From the NCBI RefSeq assembly GCF_009914755.1, contig NC_060927.1: a DNA stretch of 64,000 nucleotides, one strand, 5' to 3'. Each line of letters opens with the position of its first letter. The first letter of the stretch is position 1. A program made the position numbers and the translations under genes. The DNA is from the human T2T-CHM13v2.0 reference genome, Homo sapiens. Under the pieces are notes generated by a model. That model saw only the letters and a program-made list of their open reading frames with translations. It made no database searches and was not told the DNA's origin. Shown piece by piece: positions 14,270-30,127 of this stretch.

Positions 14270-15556
14270 CTCTATAAATATGTAAAATATTATGTACGAA
14301 AATATACACAGTAAACAAATAACAAATTGAAATAAAAGCTTGAACATATTTCACAAAAGGATAGTACTCCTACAAATAAAAATTTAAAAGATGAACACAT
14401 AAAATGATGAAAATGAAAAAATAGGAAAAGTCCGGTACAGGTAATGACAAGAGGCAGAGGTTAAAATTGGCAAGAAGCTCATAAAAACGTCTTGTTAAAG
14501 AAAATAAAAGATTCAGACTTCAAATGCTGAGCACTGAGTGAAATAATTTTACTGCCAAACACAAAACCGAATTACACAGTCTAGGCACTGGAGAATGAGG
14601 TTCATGGTAGAGAAAATGAAGTAGGTCTTGCAAAGCCAGAACACTGCACATGTTTCTGTCCCATATTAAGGAAGCACAGTCTCTGAGTGCTGCTGGTTAG
14701 CTGGTAATAAACTGGACTTGCTTGCATAAGTACAGGTCGGTGGAGATGATCTACTACACATATGGAGCCCATTTTGGGATTGTGCCATCCAGCTGCTTCT
14801 GTTTCATATATGAGGTGTCCAAATGGAAATTCCCACTTTCCAGCAGATGATGCAATCAGGTCAGAGTTTGTTAATTTCATTTTGCTTTTTTTTTTTTTTT
14901 TTTTTTTAACAATGAGCATGTACTACTTTGGTAACCAGAAAAGAGAATAAATATATTTCCATTTTGAAACTAACATGTAAAATTGGAATCAAATTGAAAC
15001 ATGAAACCATAAAGTAACTCACAATGACCTTCAAGAAAACACCATAATGTAAAAGAAATACTTAAAAAAATTAAAAACCCTAACTCATATTTCCTAATTT
15101 TGAGGAATAGGATTTAGTACTGAGATTAATTCAAGGAAAAGACTACAGTAGCTGCATGGGTAGCTCTTTTTTTTTGCAGGTGAACTATTCTAAGGCCTTT
15201 ACAGCAAGATAAGAAAAACCATCATACCTTGATAAATTTCGTTTTCCTCTGACCTGGTGGACAGCTGCAAAAATGCAGAATAAGTTCCTAGAAACTACGG
15301 ACGCAGTTGAGAACTAATGGCCCCAAGTCAAGATAACTATACAGGCATATCAAACAATAAGCTGATTAACCAAAATAATGTCTCTCTGAGGCAAGTTGTG
15401 AGCCTCATTTAAAAAAAAAAAAAGCAGAAACCAAAATAAAACTAAACAAAAAACCTAGAACCTGAAATACATGTTTGAAAGGAAATCCAATATGGCCCCA
15501 AGTTGGTAACAATGTTTTTCCATGGAAGGTTTCAACAGAAATGAAAATAAGTATGT

Positions 15557-16507
15557 GTGGTAGATTGTATTATGGTAGAAAGTATTTTTTATTCTCTTCT
15601 CTAACACATCAGGAAGATTATACACAGACTCTCATGTTTCTGTAGCCAAGAAGCAGGTCAAGAGAGTTGCTCAGTCCTCAAGGAGGAAGTGTTCCCCTAG
15701 GTTTTATATGTGGTCAAGAGAGAATGTGGAAAAGGCAGGACCTCACAAAAATGGACAAGATCCATGAAGAATAATGGACTGGGCAGTAACTGCAGAGGCA
15801 AAACCAGGACCTATTAAAGATATATTTTCCAGTGCTGTGGTTCAGAGTCCTGGCTCTGTTGAAAGGGCTTTCAACACTGTTATGCATCAGTGGCTGCAAT
15901 GACTCTCACTCTTTCCCTTTCCGAGAGAGTGTGTTTACTGTGATTATCCTGCCCCTGATTTCTTTTTAGTTCATACATCTCCAAACCAGATGGAGGTCAA
16001 TTCACACCTGGTGTAAACTGTCAGAATTCTGTTATTTAAGACTGATACTGTGATTGGAGGAGTCATTTGTGTTGTGTCCTTTAGGGATGAACTGAGTGTA
16101 TTTTACATGCAGAAGGGAAGGAAAAAATATTTGTGACCAAGAGGTAGGAGGGTGGTAAGATTGCATTACTGTTCAAAGCATTTGCTGTCCTTTCCTGTGA
16201 TTGAATTATACATTTACACTATGTTGATTGAAGTCAGTTTTGGCTATGATATGTGAGCAGAAAACACATGTACCACTACTGAGAATAACTTTGAAGAAGC
16301 ATGAACTTGCTCTCTTTTCCCTGTGCCATGAGCCAGCTCCCTAAGGTCTTACTCCATCATCCTGGAGATGGGAGTGAAAGCATGGAGCTACAGCCAATTC
16401 ATGATGAGCATATAAAATCATTCAAAATAAACCTTTGTTATTATAAACCCGTATAATTTTTGAGTCATTTGTTACCTCAATGTATCTTAATTCAAGATAG
16501 TTGATTC
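15557..16507 (+). mobile_element. MLT1I/J-like MaLR LTR (about 16150-16507) with upstream MLT remnants
   Basis: tgtgagcagaaaacacatgtaccact...aataaacctttgttattataaacc...tttgttacc. Confidence 0.6.
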
Positions 16508-16960
16508 GGCTACACATTATCTGGTTAAAGTGAATATTATCTGATTAAAGCTATTTAGGAACTCAGCAAATCCCTCTCCCTGGGTTAAACATCTGCTTTG
16601 TTTTCTAAAATTCTTTCTTATTAAAAAGTGAAAGTTTATGAACTTTCCTCTGAGTATATCTTTGGCCACAATGCACAGTTATAGATGCATAGCATTGTTA
16701 TTACTATTTTCTAAATATTTTTGTAATTGTAATGTTTTTGTCTCTTTTGACACAAAAGTTGAGTTTAAATTTTTTTTTGTAGTAATTTGGCCTTTAAATT
16801 TTAGCTCGCAATACTAATTTCTTTTTTCTTTGCATTGGCATTCATAGCCTGTATAAATCTAGCTTTTTAGTAGTGGAGATTCTTTTTGACAAATAAAATT
16901 TGTACATGTTCTATACTCGCCTAAAATATATATATTATTTTCTGAAGGGTCTAAAGACTA

Positions 16961-16961
16961 A

Positions 16962-17002
<41 letters not shown>
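16961..17002. repeat. (TG)n microsatellite
   Basis: Direct reading. Confidence 0.95.
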
Positions 17003-17004
<2 letters not shown>

Positions 17005-17215
17005 TTAACTGTATTCAATTAGAAAAGTTGTATTACTTCGGTCCTATATGTCATTATTTACTTTTTACCTGTATTATCAAGTAATTTGGTAAAATAATAT
17101 TTTGTGTATTATTCCTTGTATTTCCAAAAGCTTTTGGTCTATGTATGTTGACGCAATGTTTTTCAATAATAAAACTTCACACTAGTGATACTTAATATTT
17201 ATTAAGCACCAATGA

Positions 17216-17540
<325 letters not shown>

Positions 17541-17607
17541 GACATCTTAGTTTTTGTATTTTATTTTATTTTTTACTCTTTTGTTTTCTGCACTTTTGCA
17601 TATGACC

Positions 17608-17612
<5 letters not shown>

Positions 17613-17696
<84 letters not shown>

Positions 17697-17702
17697 GTCT
17701 CT
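17613..17702. repeat. Long (TC)n microsatellite
   Basis: About 90 bp of almost pure polypyrimidine. Confidence 0.95.
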
Positions 17703-17924
17703 CCCCTCGTCTAAGAAAATATTTGTCCTGATTCTAATTCAGGTAAAATATTTCCTTAAAGTTTTTTGAATTGTAATTTCTCTAATTTAAAACTCAATAT
17801 TCATATTCAAAAACATCACCAGGGCCAAGAAAATTTTTAAAAACGACACATGAAGGGAATGCTTCCAACTGTCAAGCTTTATTATAATGAAATTACCATT
17901 TAGAAATAGTAATAACAACAATAA

Positions 17925-18140
17925 ACAATAGCAGCATGCACTATTTACTGAGCACTTTACATAATTATATTCTCTAAAGAACATAGCAACCCTATAGTAA
18001 AAACATAATTATCTCCAATTTCAGGTGGGGAAACTGAGGCTCAGAAAAGCTAAGTAGCTTTCTCCAACTACCATGTGGTTGAGGTAGAGTTTGTACCGCA
18101 CTCTTTCTGATTCCTGGATGAGAGAGTTTAAGGCGCTGAG
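17925..18140 (-). mobile_element. MIR SINE
   Basis: MIR core ggggaaactgaggctcagaaaagctaagtagc. Confidence 0.85.
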
Positions 18141-18859
18141 CATCTCTACTGAATACACTAAATGACCTTACTGGAGGAAAATTAAGTAGCTTTGTTGTCA
18201 TTATTTGAAGTAGTACATGATTGATTCATCTAAGAAGTCTCTAGAAGAAAAGCGTTCAGCGTTATAATTCATCTTTATGTAAAGGAGTGTTTCGTAAGAA
18301 TTATAGGCTTTTGTGAATTAGAATGAATAACATTTATAGTGCTATCCATGGTTTGCTAAAATACAAAACGTTCTTTTCTGTATTATTTATCCAGCATTTT
18401 ACCAACTGGTGGAACTACCAGCTCCTGAGTGAATATTCCTAGTTTTCACATGTGTAAGAGTACGTTAAAATGTTTGTGCATTATTCTTGTTGCTCATCCC
18501 CCGCCCCACCTGCACACACTTATCTTCTGGAAATAAACCTGAATAAAAGAGATTTTTTTTTTCTCTTTATTTATCTGGTAAGCTTTGGTAACAAGGTCTC
18601 ACTTCAAACACATTGTCTAAAATAGATTTCCTCCCGGTTTCCCCATCCACTCAATTGTAGCATTATATGCATGTGTGTCTCCATCAACTTGACTTTGCTA
18701 ACCAGATAAAGTAAATGTCATTCTTGGATTTTCAGTTCAAAGATATTAAATGTGAGTCTGTCTATTCAACATTTCAGAAGGAAAGAACCTAAACTATTTC
18801 CATTTTTCTGTGGGGCTTGAGAAGTGTAAGGAAAATAAGATCCAGTATGGTTGTATGAG

Positions 18860-19310
18860 GTGCAATTAGTGTAGCTTTTGTAGCAGATGCACCCAAAATA
18901 ACAGTGGTTTAAAGGGTATAGGAGGATTTTGTTATTGTTTTTAGCATATAATAGGCTGAGCTATCATGGGCTCTCTGCTTCATGAAGTTGTCAGTTGTTA
19001 GGGTGTTCTTCAAACTTGTTCTGCCTTCATCTCTACATATTGCCTTCAACATCCTGGCCCATAATCCACATTTCTTTCAATGGAAGAGGAAAAAGAAGGG
19101 TTACTGTTTCTTTTCAAGGCTACAATCTATAGGTTGCACAAGTCATATCCTCTCACATCCATCAACCAGACCTAGCTACAAGGAATACTCAGAAAGTAGA
19201 TTTGTATTGGGTGTCCATGTGCCCAGGTTAAACTTGCAGAGGTTGGAGGAGTCCTTTTACCATGAAAGCAAAGGGGAGAAAGAATACTGGGGGAGATATA
19301 CAGAAGTACC
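18860..19310 (-). mobile_element. MLT1K/J-like LTR
   Basis: cccaaaataacagtggtttaa...ctcacatccatcaaccagacctagctacaagg...ccatgtgcccag. Confidence 0.7.
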
Positions 19311-19352
19311 TACCCAAGTAGTATGACCAAACGTATCTTAGCCTAAGGGGAA

Positions 19353-19482
19353 AAGAGTTCTAAAGATTAGCTGCACAACAATGGAAGTGTACTTGACACT
19401 ACAGAACTCTACACTTAAAAATGATTGAAATGATAAATTTTATGTTCTGTGTGTTTTATCACAATTAAAATTAAAAAGAAAA
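19353..19482 (+). mobile_element. L1MB 3'-terminal fragment
   Basis: tgcacaacaatggaagtgtacttgacactacagaactctacacttaaaaatg...aaattttatgtt. Confidence 0.8.
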
Positions 19483-20099
19483 TTAACCTAGAAGTTAAGA
19501 GACATAAATTCTAGTCCCATCTACATCATAATTAACTCTGTGATTCTGGGTGATTTTAATTTTGCTGAACCTGTGTTTACTAATCTATTTATACAGTGAA
19601 ACTATTATAGAGTTTTTAGGTGTAACTCATTTAACTCAACCTTATCCATCTTAAGTAAAAGTGAATTTATTGGGAAAATGATTAGGAAACTGGAAAATTA
19701 GGAGGGACAAATCTGCCCAGGTGAACTTGGTAAAAGACCTACTACTGTGAGCACATACCAGGTTCAGACTTGTCCACATTGTCACTGAGGTGATTTAACT
19801 CTCCATTGTTCCCTACCTTCTTGCTGTTTACATTCAAAACAGAAAGTTATGACAGAGAATGTTCCCTCTGGCCCAGCCTAGATCTGTGTTGGCTTAGGGA
19901 AGGAAAAGGAGGGACCTGGCCTCATTTGGTTTTATCATAGAGAATAGGCCAGCCCTCTGACCAACACTACTCGCAATGAAGGAAAGGAGCATGGAGAATG
20001 GGATGCCTGACAGTTAAAACAACAGTATGTACTTTTTCTCTTTTCTCGAAAATTCTCTCCTCATCAACATCTGTCAAATCACTTGGGTCTATAAGGTTC

Positions 20100-20920
20100 T
20101 TCATTCTTTCAGGCTTTACTTCCCCTGATTCTGAAATCTGGGCTCTTCGATACTCTTCTATCAGGCCTTGTCTTTTCTTCATTTGTACATTGGCACATCC
20201 TCACTCAATATTTCAACTCCTAATTCTGCTGATGGTCTGCAAATCCCATTCACTCCCTGACTTCTCTTGCAATCCAGATGCATAGATATATAACTGCCTA
20301 CTACATCTGTGATAACATCTTACATTTTTGACATCCAGAACAACATTCCTCAGCTTTGCCCCACATTATGCTCCTTTAAAAAAATTCTCTTCCTTTGTAA
20401 ACGGTATTACAATCCACTCGGCCTTCAAGGCAAAACTAAACCACACACACAAAACAGGAATTATTTTAAACTTACCTCTCTTCATCATTATCTACATCCA
20501 TCTAATCACATGCCTCATGAATTGCGTCTCTGAGGCATTTCCTGAATGCTCAGTTGCTCTTTTTTCTCACTGACCAAGTTCTTGTCTTCTATGTAAAGCC
20601 TTGTGCAATCATCTCCTAACTTGACTCTCTACCTCCAGACTTCTGAGCCACTGGTCCATCCTCTCTAACGTTGCTGGACTGATTTTTCTACATACAAGTA
20701 TCTTCTTCTTTTTTTTTTTTTTTTAGAACTCTTCCATAGCTCCACAGCCAGTACATGTTGGTATGACAAAAATAGTCCTCATGATCTAACCCTCACTACT
20801 CTTGACAGTCCTATGTGTCCATCTATGTTTCTGTGACACATACAATTGCAATCGTCTTTATTCACTAAACTCATTTATACCCATGAATCATTGAACATCA
20901 CATTCCCCTCCAACTCTTGC
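20100..20920 (+). mobile_element. L2 3' region
   Basis: C/T-rich L2 motifs (atatataactgcctactacatct, tgcaatcatctcctaacttgactct, cctcatgatctaaccc). Confidence 0.7.
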
Positions 20921-23900
20921 CATTATCTACATTCAGCCTATAAAAAGAAAGTGAGCATGTAGAAAAAATTGCCATTTCTTAAAAGCCTTGGCCTAGGAAG
21001 GGCTTACATCATTTTTATATGTACACCATGGCTAGAGCTGGGTCGCATGATCATACCCAACTACAAGGAAGTCTGGAAAATTAACATAACTGTGTGCTCA
21101 GGAAGAAAAGCACCAAGATTTTGGTAAACAGCCTCTGCCACATTTAATGAGAATGTAATCTAGGCACCAAAAATATTCAGCACTTAATGTTACCTTCCCT
21201 TCTGCGTGCAAAGTTGGAATCATGATATAAGTTTATATTGAAGATAATTCTCATTAAATAATAAAATTACTGTATTACGTGACCATGTACTACCTTTCTG
21301 AGCATTTCTTTTTAGAGTCATAACTTTAAAGAAAGAGCAAAAGTAATATAAGATGCCACAGTTACACTGATGCATTGATTTAATATGTGAAGTCAGCTTT
21401 GAAATATCACCATTTTTTAATTTTGGAAATATTCCATCTCCACTGATTGGGACTTCATATGTTATTTGAAAGACTGCATCATATCCGATTGTTTAAAGAG
21501 GCTTTTTGGAATAGAATTTGACCAATATCACTAAAGTTTTCACCTGACCATGGCTGCTTAACCGTCAGTGTTTTCATTCTTTCACAGAATCTGTGTTTTG
21601 AAACTGGAAACTTTAAAGGCCAGATTTTTCTTGCAGCTGTAAATCTGAAGGTGTAGGCCTATACCTTACATTCCTGCCATTTGAAACAAAAATAAAAGAT
21701 ACTGATGCATTTTTTTTTTCTTGTGGAGTTAAGAAGGCAGTCATTGCTTAGTGGAGATAGAAGAGTTTATGTTGTCAACAGTCAATGCTTTCAATAAATA
21801 CCCAAGAAATAGCTATTTCAATATAAGTGCTACAGATGTCTTCATCAGTTTCCCACCCCTCTGTGTTCTCCCTTGTCACTTATGCAAGTCTTTTAATATA
21901 CACTAGTGTGTACATTTATCCTTCCAAGGCCTGATACCTTTTAATAAGTATGAAGGGATATGTTTTTGACTTGACTTGGGATCCAGGTAGCAACTGATGA
22001 GAACTATACTTATTCCCAAGGTACCACCTATCTGGTAGCATTCACTGATACTCACGAGAACTTTCTTTCTGAGACTATTTGAAAAGGGTAGTATATGGTT
22101 GAGGGCAGAACTCACAAAATGTGGAGAAGTGATGAGTACTCTGGTGAAGCAGCTAAGACTGACCCTGTTCTTATGGGCTGGGTTTGGGTCTATCTGGGGA
22201 ATTGTCTGAGGACAGTGTGATTCCTTTCATGAGGGACTTCGTGAAGCTCTGGGCAGAAGCAAGTTTGCTTTAGGTTATAGGTGACAAAATGTGGCCAGAG
22301 TGGAGACAAGAGTCATTCTCCTTTTCTTTGCACAGTCTGTCATGACACATCAGAGACTGGTGGCTTCAGGAGCATAGATGGCAGACTTTTTCACAGTAAG
22401 TACCATTGGCAATGGGAGGAGTGAAATTAGAGAGTGGCTTATTTATAAGACAGGTCACTCTCCTTGCAAAGCAGATAGGAGAAGCAACAGGTGCCAATAG
22501 TTGTCCATAGCACATAGCCTAGTTTGTCAGCACATAAGGGGTTTCAATGTAAAATATTTAACAACCTGTACAGCATGATACCATGATAGCCAATCTGACT
22601 GAAAACCTGCTAAAAATAACTGGTAGACCAGCATGTGCCAGATAAAGTCTAGCCCTTTGGAGATTCCCAGAAACATTCTGAGGAGATTTTGAAAAAAAGG
22701 AAGTTTCTGGTCTGGGCAGACAGAGACAAGGACAAGAACTTTGGGTTCTTGAAAATTCATTTGCATATACAAACTGATAAGGTTATATTAGCATTACATA
22801 TCGATCAAGTCTTAAGATTAAAGAAATACAGATATCTTGGGAATATCAGCTGCCATCCTGAGGATGAGGGAAAGGATACTTCTTTTTTTTTTTTTTAACA
22901 TGCAGAAATAACCCTTAACTCATATCATTTAGAAGCAGTGTTTTGAACTAAAACATTACTAATAGAGTGTGCCTTAAATAACATTAGTATGTGAGCTAGT
23001 AGAATGTTTGCTAAAGAACTACATGTGATACCAAGAATTCATTCTTTTATAGCACAGTAGGATTTCATCAACCATTCTGGCAAGCAGAGTAGGTATTTTT
23101 TAGAGTTTCAGAATCAAAATTAAGGTACTATAGAACTAAGGAAAAAACCTGTTATTTCACTAAAACATTCATTTCCTTGTGAGTTATGGTCTATTGCAGA
23201 AATTTTTAATAGTTTTATTTTAGGACATTTAGAAAAAACAGCAAAAAAGGGAAATGTTTCTTCAAAGTGTTCTTGGTATAGTTTCTCAAAACACAATTGT
23301 AAGTAACATAAAACTTCAATAAAGTAAATAGATACTTATTTTTAATGGGCCAATAATAAAGAAAAGCACAAAACAAAAAGTCCCATTAAGATGATGACAT
23401 TAGGCTTTTATCTTTCAAAGTATATTTTGTGTCAATATATTGTTTTTATAATTAAAAATAATGTTGTACAGAAGTGACATTTTTCTCTACGTATCTGGCA
23501 GATAGTGTCATTCTAGCAAATAATGTCGTGCAGCTAATTTTAGAACATTCTTTCACTAATGAACTTTTGGCTGTGTTTTGGTGGGGTGTAGTCACATTTC
23601 AAACTTGCAGTGATTATTGGTTGAAGATATAGCCATTAACCTGTGGGAACAGGAAACCATTACACATACACACACACGCACACTTGTGTGTGTCATTTGC
23701 ACTTGTACTAATGGTACAAGATGTTTGGTCAAACCATTCGACCACTATGTGGCTTTGTCCACTGAACTGGAAAAGAACACTGCTGATCTTATCCATATTC
23801 GTACTCTGTCCTGTCTGCCCTGGCCAAATTGATTTGTGTACCCACATGGATGCACTGATACAATCTTACTGGTTCTTTTTTGCTTAGTGAACTTTAGACA

Positions 23901-24705
23901 GAGAAATGGGTTTTAGATTGTGCCTTCAAATATAATTTACTGAAAATGAAAAAAGTTTATATCAGCTCAATTTTTGTTTTAAATGATATCAAGATATTTC
24001 CTTGACTAAACTTTTAGCTGTTTAATAAATTGTCCTTAGGAAGAACCCTGGTTTCTATGAATTAAAAAACTAAAGGAAAACTATTGTCTCAGTGAACCAA
24101 GCAGAGATTTTCCTCTTTGAAGGAATTCTTTATTGATCCAAATAAAATTTATGTGAATATAGGAATTAGACTCCAAACTCAGAATAATGTAAAACAAGAG
24201 CTAAAATGTCCTGTTTTGTGACCATAGTGTCCCAGAAGAGAAATTCTCCCTAACAATTTCTTTCATCTTGGTATTGAGCCCAAATCTGACAATAAGAGAA
24301 AGTGCCATCTTTGTCTTTTCCGTTAGAGTAATTCAGTCAGCTTGGGTCACCATCAGCAATATCTTAGCCTCCAAAACATTTCTCTTCCCCCTGAATTCTT
24401 TGACAGCCTGAAAGCCTTGCCTTCTCCTAGGCGGGCCACTTTAGAGAGTTTGTCCACCATATTTTACGCTAAGCTTGAACTTGTTTCAGAAATACCCATA
24501 CAGGTATGATTTATGCCTTCTACCAGTTGACTGAATATGTTTTTATCACACGTGATTCCAAATAATTCCAGCATTCTGTCAATCCCTTTTTAATATTTTG
24601 GGGTGTTGACCAGAGGATATTGATTTTCTTCTTATCCCAAGATCAGTAGAACCATCTGTAGCTTGAAGAGTATTTGAGTTTTAAAATAATAATAGTAATA
24701 ATAAA

Positions 24706-24822
24706 GGAAAGAAAGAAAAAGAGAGATAGGGAAGGAAGGAAGGAAGGAAGGAAGGAAGGAAGGAACGAAAGAAGGAAGGAAGGAAGGGCAAGACGGAGGG
24801 AGGGAGAGAGAGAGGGAGGGAG
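24706..24822. repeat. Purine-rich (GGAA)n/(GGGA)n tract with (GGAA)9 at 24730-24765
   Basis: Direct reading. Confidence 0.95.
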
Positions 24823-24884
24823 GATAATTCAGAGCCAGATAGTTGGTAGAAAGAAGTAAAGAAAAGAGATTGTCTTCTTTAAAA

Positions 24885-25440
24885 GCAAACAGTAATAAGA
24901 TATAAATTATATAAATTAAAATGCACCCATTTTAAGTGGAACAATCTCTATAAGTTTTGACAAATTTATTTATTGGCATATCCACCACCACAATTGACAG
25001 AACACTTCCGTCACCCCAAAAGGTTCCCTTGTGTCCCATTATAATCTTCCTCACCCCTGCCCCAGGCAACATTAATCTGCTTTCTGTCACTATAGATCAA
25101 TTTTGCTTCTTGTAGAATTATATTTAAATAGAATAATACAGTATACACTCTCTTGTATCTGGCTTCTTTCATTCAGTATAATGTTTTGCAATTAATCTAC
25201 ACTGTACTATATATCAGTAATGTATCCCTTTTATGGCTAACTAATATTCCATAGTGTGAATATGCCATAATTCGTTTACCCATTCACCAATTGATGGACA
25301 TTACAATTTAGGGCTATTATGACTGAAGTTGCTACAAACATTTGTATACAAGTCTTTGTGTGGACATATGCTTTCATTTCCCTTGGTGAATATCTAGGCA
25401 TAAAATGGCTGGATCATATGGTCCTGACTTTTAAAAAGCC
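24885..25440 (-). mobile_element. L1MB7/8-like 3' fragment
   Basis: aaaatgcacccattttaagtg...ccccaggcaacattaatctgctttctgtcactataga...gtggacatatgctttcatttcccttgg. Confidence 0.8.
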
Positions 25441-26391
25441 AATTAATGTTCTCTTAATCTTTGTTTTTTATGTTTCGTATTGTCATCGAGCTTCCTTAAC
25501 TCCCCCAGAAACTATCTGCCTTCACAGAACATAAACAGAACTCCATGAAGAAAGGAGAAAGGAAGCAAAACAGAAGTTTATCCTATCAACGTTTTCTGCT
25601 CAGGTTGGTCCTGACCCACCTCTCCAGGAGAAAGCCTCAGAATATCCCAGAGTCTGTTGATCTCAACTACTCCTTCATCAGTGCAACAATCCCATTTCCT
25701 TTTCGTGTGTTTATACTATGTTAGCTCCCAACATTTGGCCTTGGAGGGCAGAATGATTTCTTTTGGGTTTACAGTCTCATAGGCCTAAAACCACTTTGCA
25801 TCTCCTAAAAAGAAATTCTCTGTTTTTTCTAAACATTTCCCTAATCACCAAAGATCTTAAATAAAAATATGTCTACTGTCTTTGGTGGTTTTTAGTGTAT
25901 AAAATGTCATCTATGTGCTATACCAAGTTAAGTTCATGAAAAATAGAAATAAATGTTTATATCCCAACACTTACATTTCATAGTTTTAAATTAACAAAGA
26001 GTGAAAAAAATTCTAAACATCAGTTAGTTCTGTTGTTGTATGTATGTACAGATTTTATATACCCATAGCAAACCCTGACATCTTATTTCTGGAAGGTAAG
26101 ATACTCACTAATTTGGTCAATAATGAGATAGTAAGGTTTAATATTTTTATTTTAATTATGAAGTACTAGTAGCTTAGTTCAGTTCAATGCTTCTAACATT
26201 TCCAGGTTTTGATGGTGATGGTGGTTGTGGGCAAGTGGGGAGGCAGTTGGTAAAATACTGGCCTTTACTGCTACTTTGAAAATCTCGCATCACATGAATG
26301 AAGAATGTTGAACTTTTTAGCTCACTTCAGAACAGTTGACTTTAAGTACAAGTAAATGTGGTTTTCAGAAGAGTCCTAGGAACAAGGATAA

Positions 26392-27505
26392 TTTTTTTAT
26401 TATTTTGTAAATTTTTTTAATTTTTATTTTTTGTGGGTACATAGTATGTGTATGTATTTATACAGTACATGAGATGTTTTGATTTAGGCATGCAATGTGT
26501 AATAATCACATAAAGAATGGGGAATTCATCTCCTGAAGCATATCCTTTGTATTACAAAAAATCCAATTTTACTCTTTTAGTTATTTTATAATGCATAATT
26601 AAATTATTATTGACTATAGTCACCCTGTTGTGCTATCAATAGTAGGTCTTATTCTTTCTAACTATTTTTTGGACCCATTAATCATCCCTATCTTCCACCC
26701 CCTTGAGCCCCCAATATTCTTCCCAGCCTTTGGTAACCATCCCTCTACTTTCTATCTCTGTGAGTTCAATTATTTTGATTTTTAGTTCCCACAAATAAGT
26801 GAGAATATACGATGTTTGTCTTTTTGTGCCAGGCTTATTTCACTTAACATAATGACCTCCACTTCCATCCATGTTATTGCAAATGAAAGGATCTCATTCT
26901 TTTTAAGGCTGAATAGTACATGTGTATAAGTACCAAATTTTCTTTATCCATTCATCTGTTGATAGACACTTAGGTTGCTTCCAAATCTTGCCTATTGTAA
27001 ATAGTGCTGCAGTGAACATAGGAGTGCAGATATCTCTTTGATAAACTGATTTCCACTCTTTTTTTTTGGTATATACCCAGAAGTAGAATTGCTGGATCAT
27101 ATGGTAGCTCTACTTTTAGTTTTTTGAGGAAGCTCCAAACTGTTCTACATAGTGCTTGTACTAACTTACATTTTCACCAGCAGATACCAGGGTTCCCTTT
27201 TCATATCATCGCCAGCCTTTGTTGTTGTTTGTCTTTTGGATAAAAGCTATTTTAACTAGGGTAAGAGGTTATCGTAGTTTTGCTTTGCATTTCTCTGATG
27301 ATCAACGATGTCATTGCCAGCCTTTGTGATTGTCTGTCTTTTGGATAAAAGCTGTTTTAACGGGTAAGAGGATATCTCATCGTAGTTTTGATTTGCATTT
27401 CTTTGATGATCAGTGATGTGGAGCATCTTCTCATATGCCTGTTTGCCATTTGTATGTCTTCTTTTGAGAATTGTCTATTCAAATCCTTTGTCCATTTTTT
27501 GATTG
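26392..27505 (-). mobile_element. L1MA2-like 3' fragment containing a 105-bp tandem duplication
   Basis: gtgggtacatagt...ttgactatagtcaccctgttgtgctatcaa; ORF2 C-terminal remnant (ORF 26903-27100). Confidence 0.88.
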
Positions 27506-27507
27506 AT

Positions 27508-29652
<2,145 letters not shown>

Positions 29653-30127
29653 AAGAATACAAATTGTATGAAGACTCAGCAAAGTGAAATGTTCCAAATG
29701 TTTGAATCTATAGATTGTAGCTATGTGAGTTCAAATTCATAATCATTCAAAGGTATAGAAGTCATCAATTATTACTTGATCAGTATAAGGAGAAACACAG
29801 AATGTAAGTGTTGTATATTATAATCAGGGCAGGGAAGACCTTCGCAATAACGTAGCCTTGCTGAGCTTTCAAAAATTTTATTTTTAAATTGTCATATAGT
29901 AAAATGACTTTTTCTCTTTTAATATGCAAGTCCCTAAATTCTAACATATGTATACATTTTTGTATTCACCACCGTAATGAAGACACAGAACATTTCTCTC
30001 ACCACCAGGATATCCCTTGTGCCATTCCTTTGTTATCACACCTGTTTCACACTCCCCTTCCACACTTCCACGAAACCACTGATCTATTTTCCATCCCTAT
30101 AGTTTGGCCTTTTTGGAATATCATATA

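Larger units (their letters stand above)
6909..14299 (+). mobile_element. Near-full-length old LINE-1 (L1MA4-like) with decayed ORF1/ORF2
   Basis: GC-richer 5'UTR (6909-~8260), ORF1 remnants, EN and RT fragments (ORF track 11476-11847 [11 protein letters not shown]...[11 protein letters not shown]; 11930-12307), L1MA-type 3'UTR; degenerate TSD 6895-6908 / 14300-14313. Confidence 0.9.

Noticed and set aside
14602-14919. 105-aa ORF beside a poly-T run as a processed pseudogene
   Set aside because: No recognisable protein; the A-run lies at the 5' side of the ORF, not as a tail; no TSD seen.
23668-23744. Three consecutive short hairpins suggesting a structured RNA
   Set aside because: Stems are 5-8 bp and one is only CA/TG repeat; expected by chance; no tRNA, snoRNA or pre-miRNA features.
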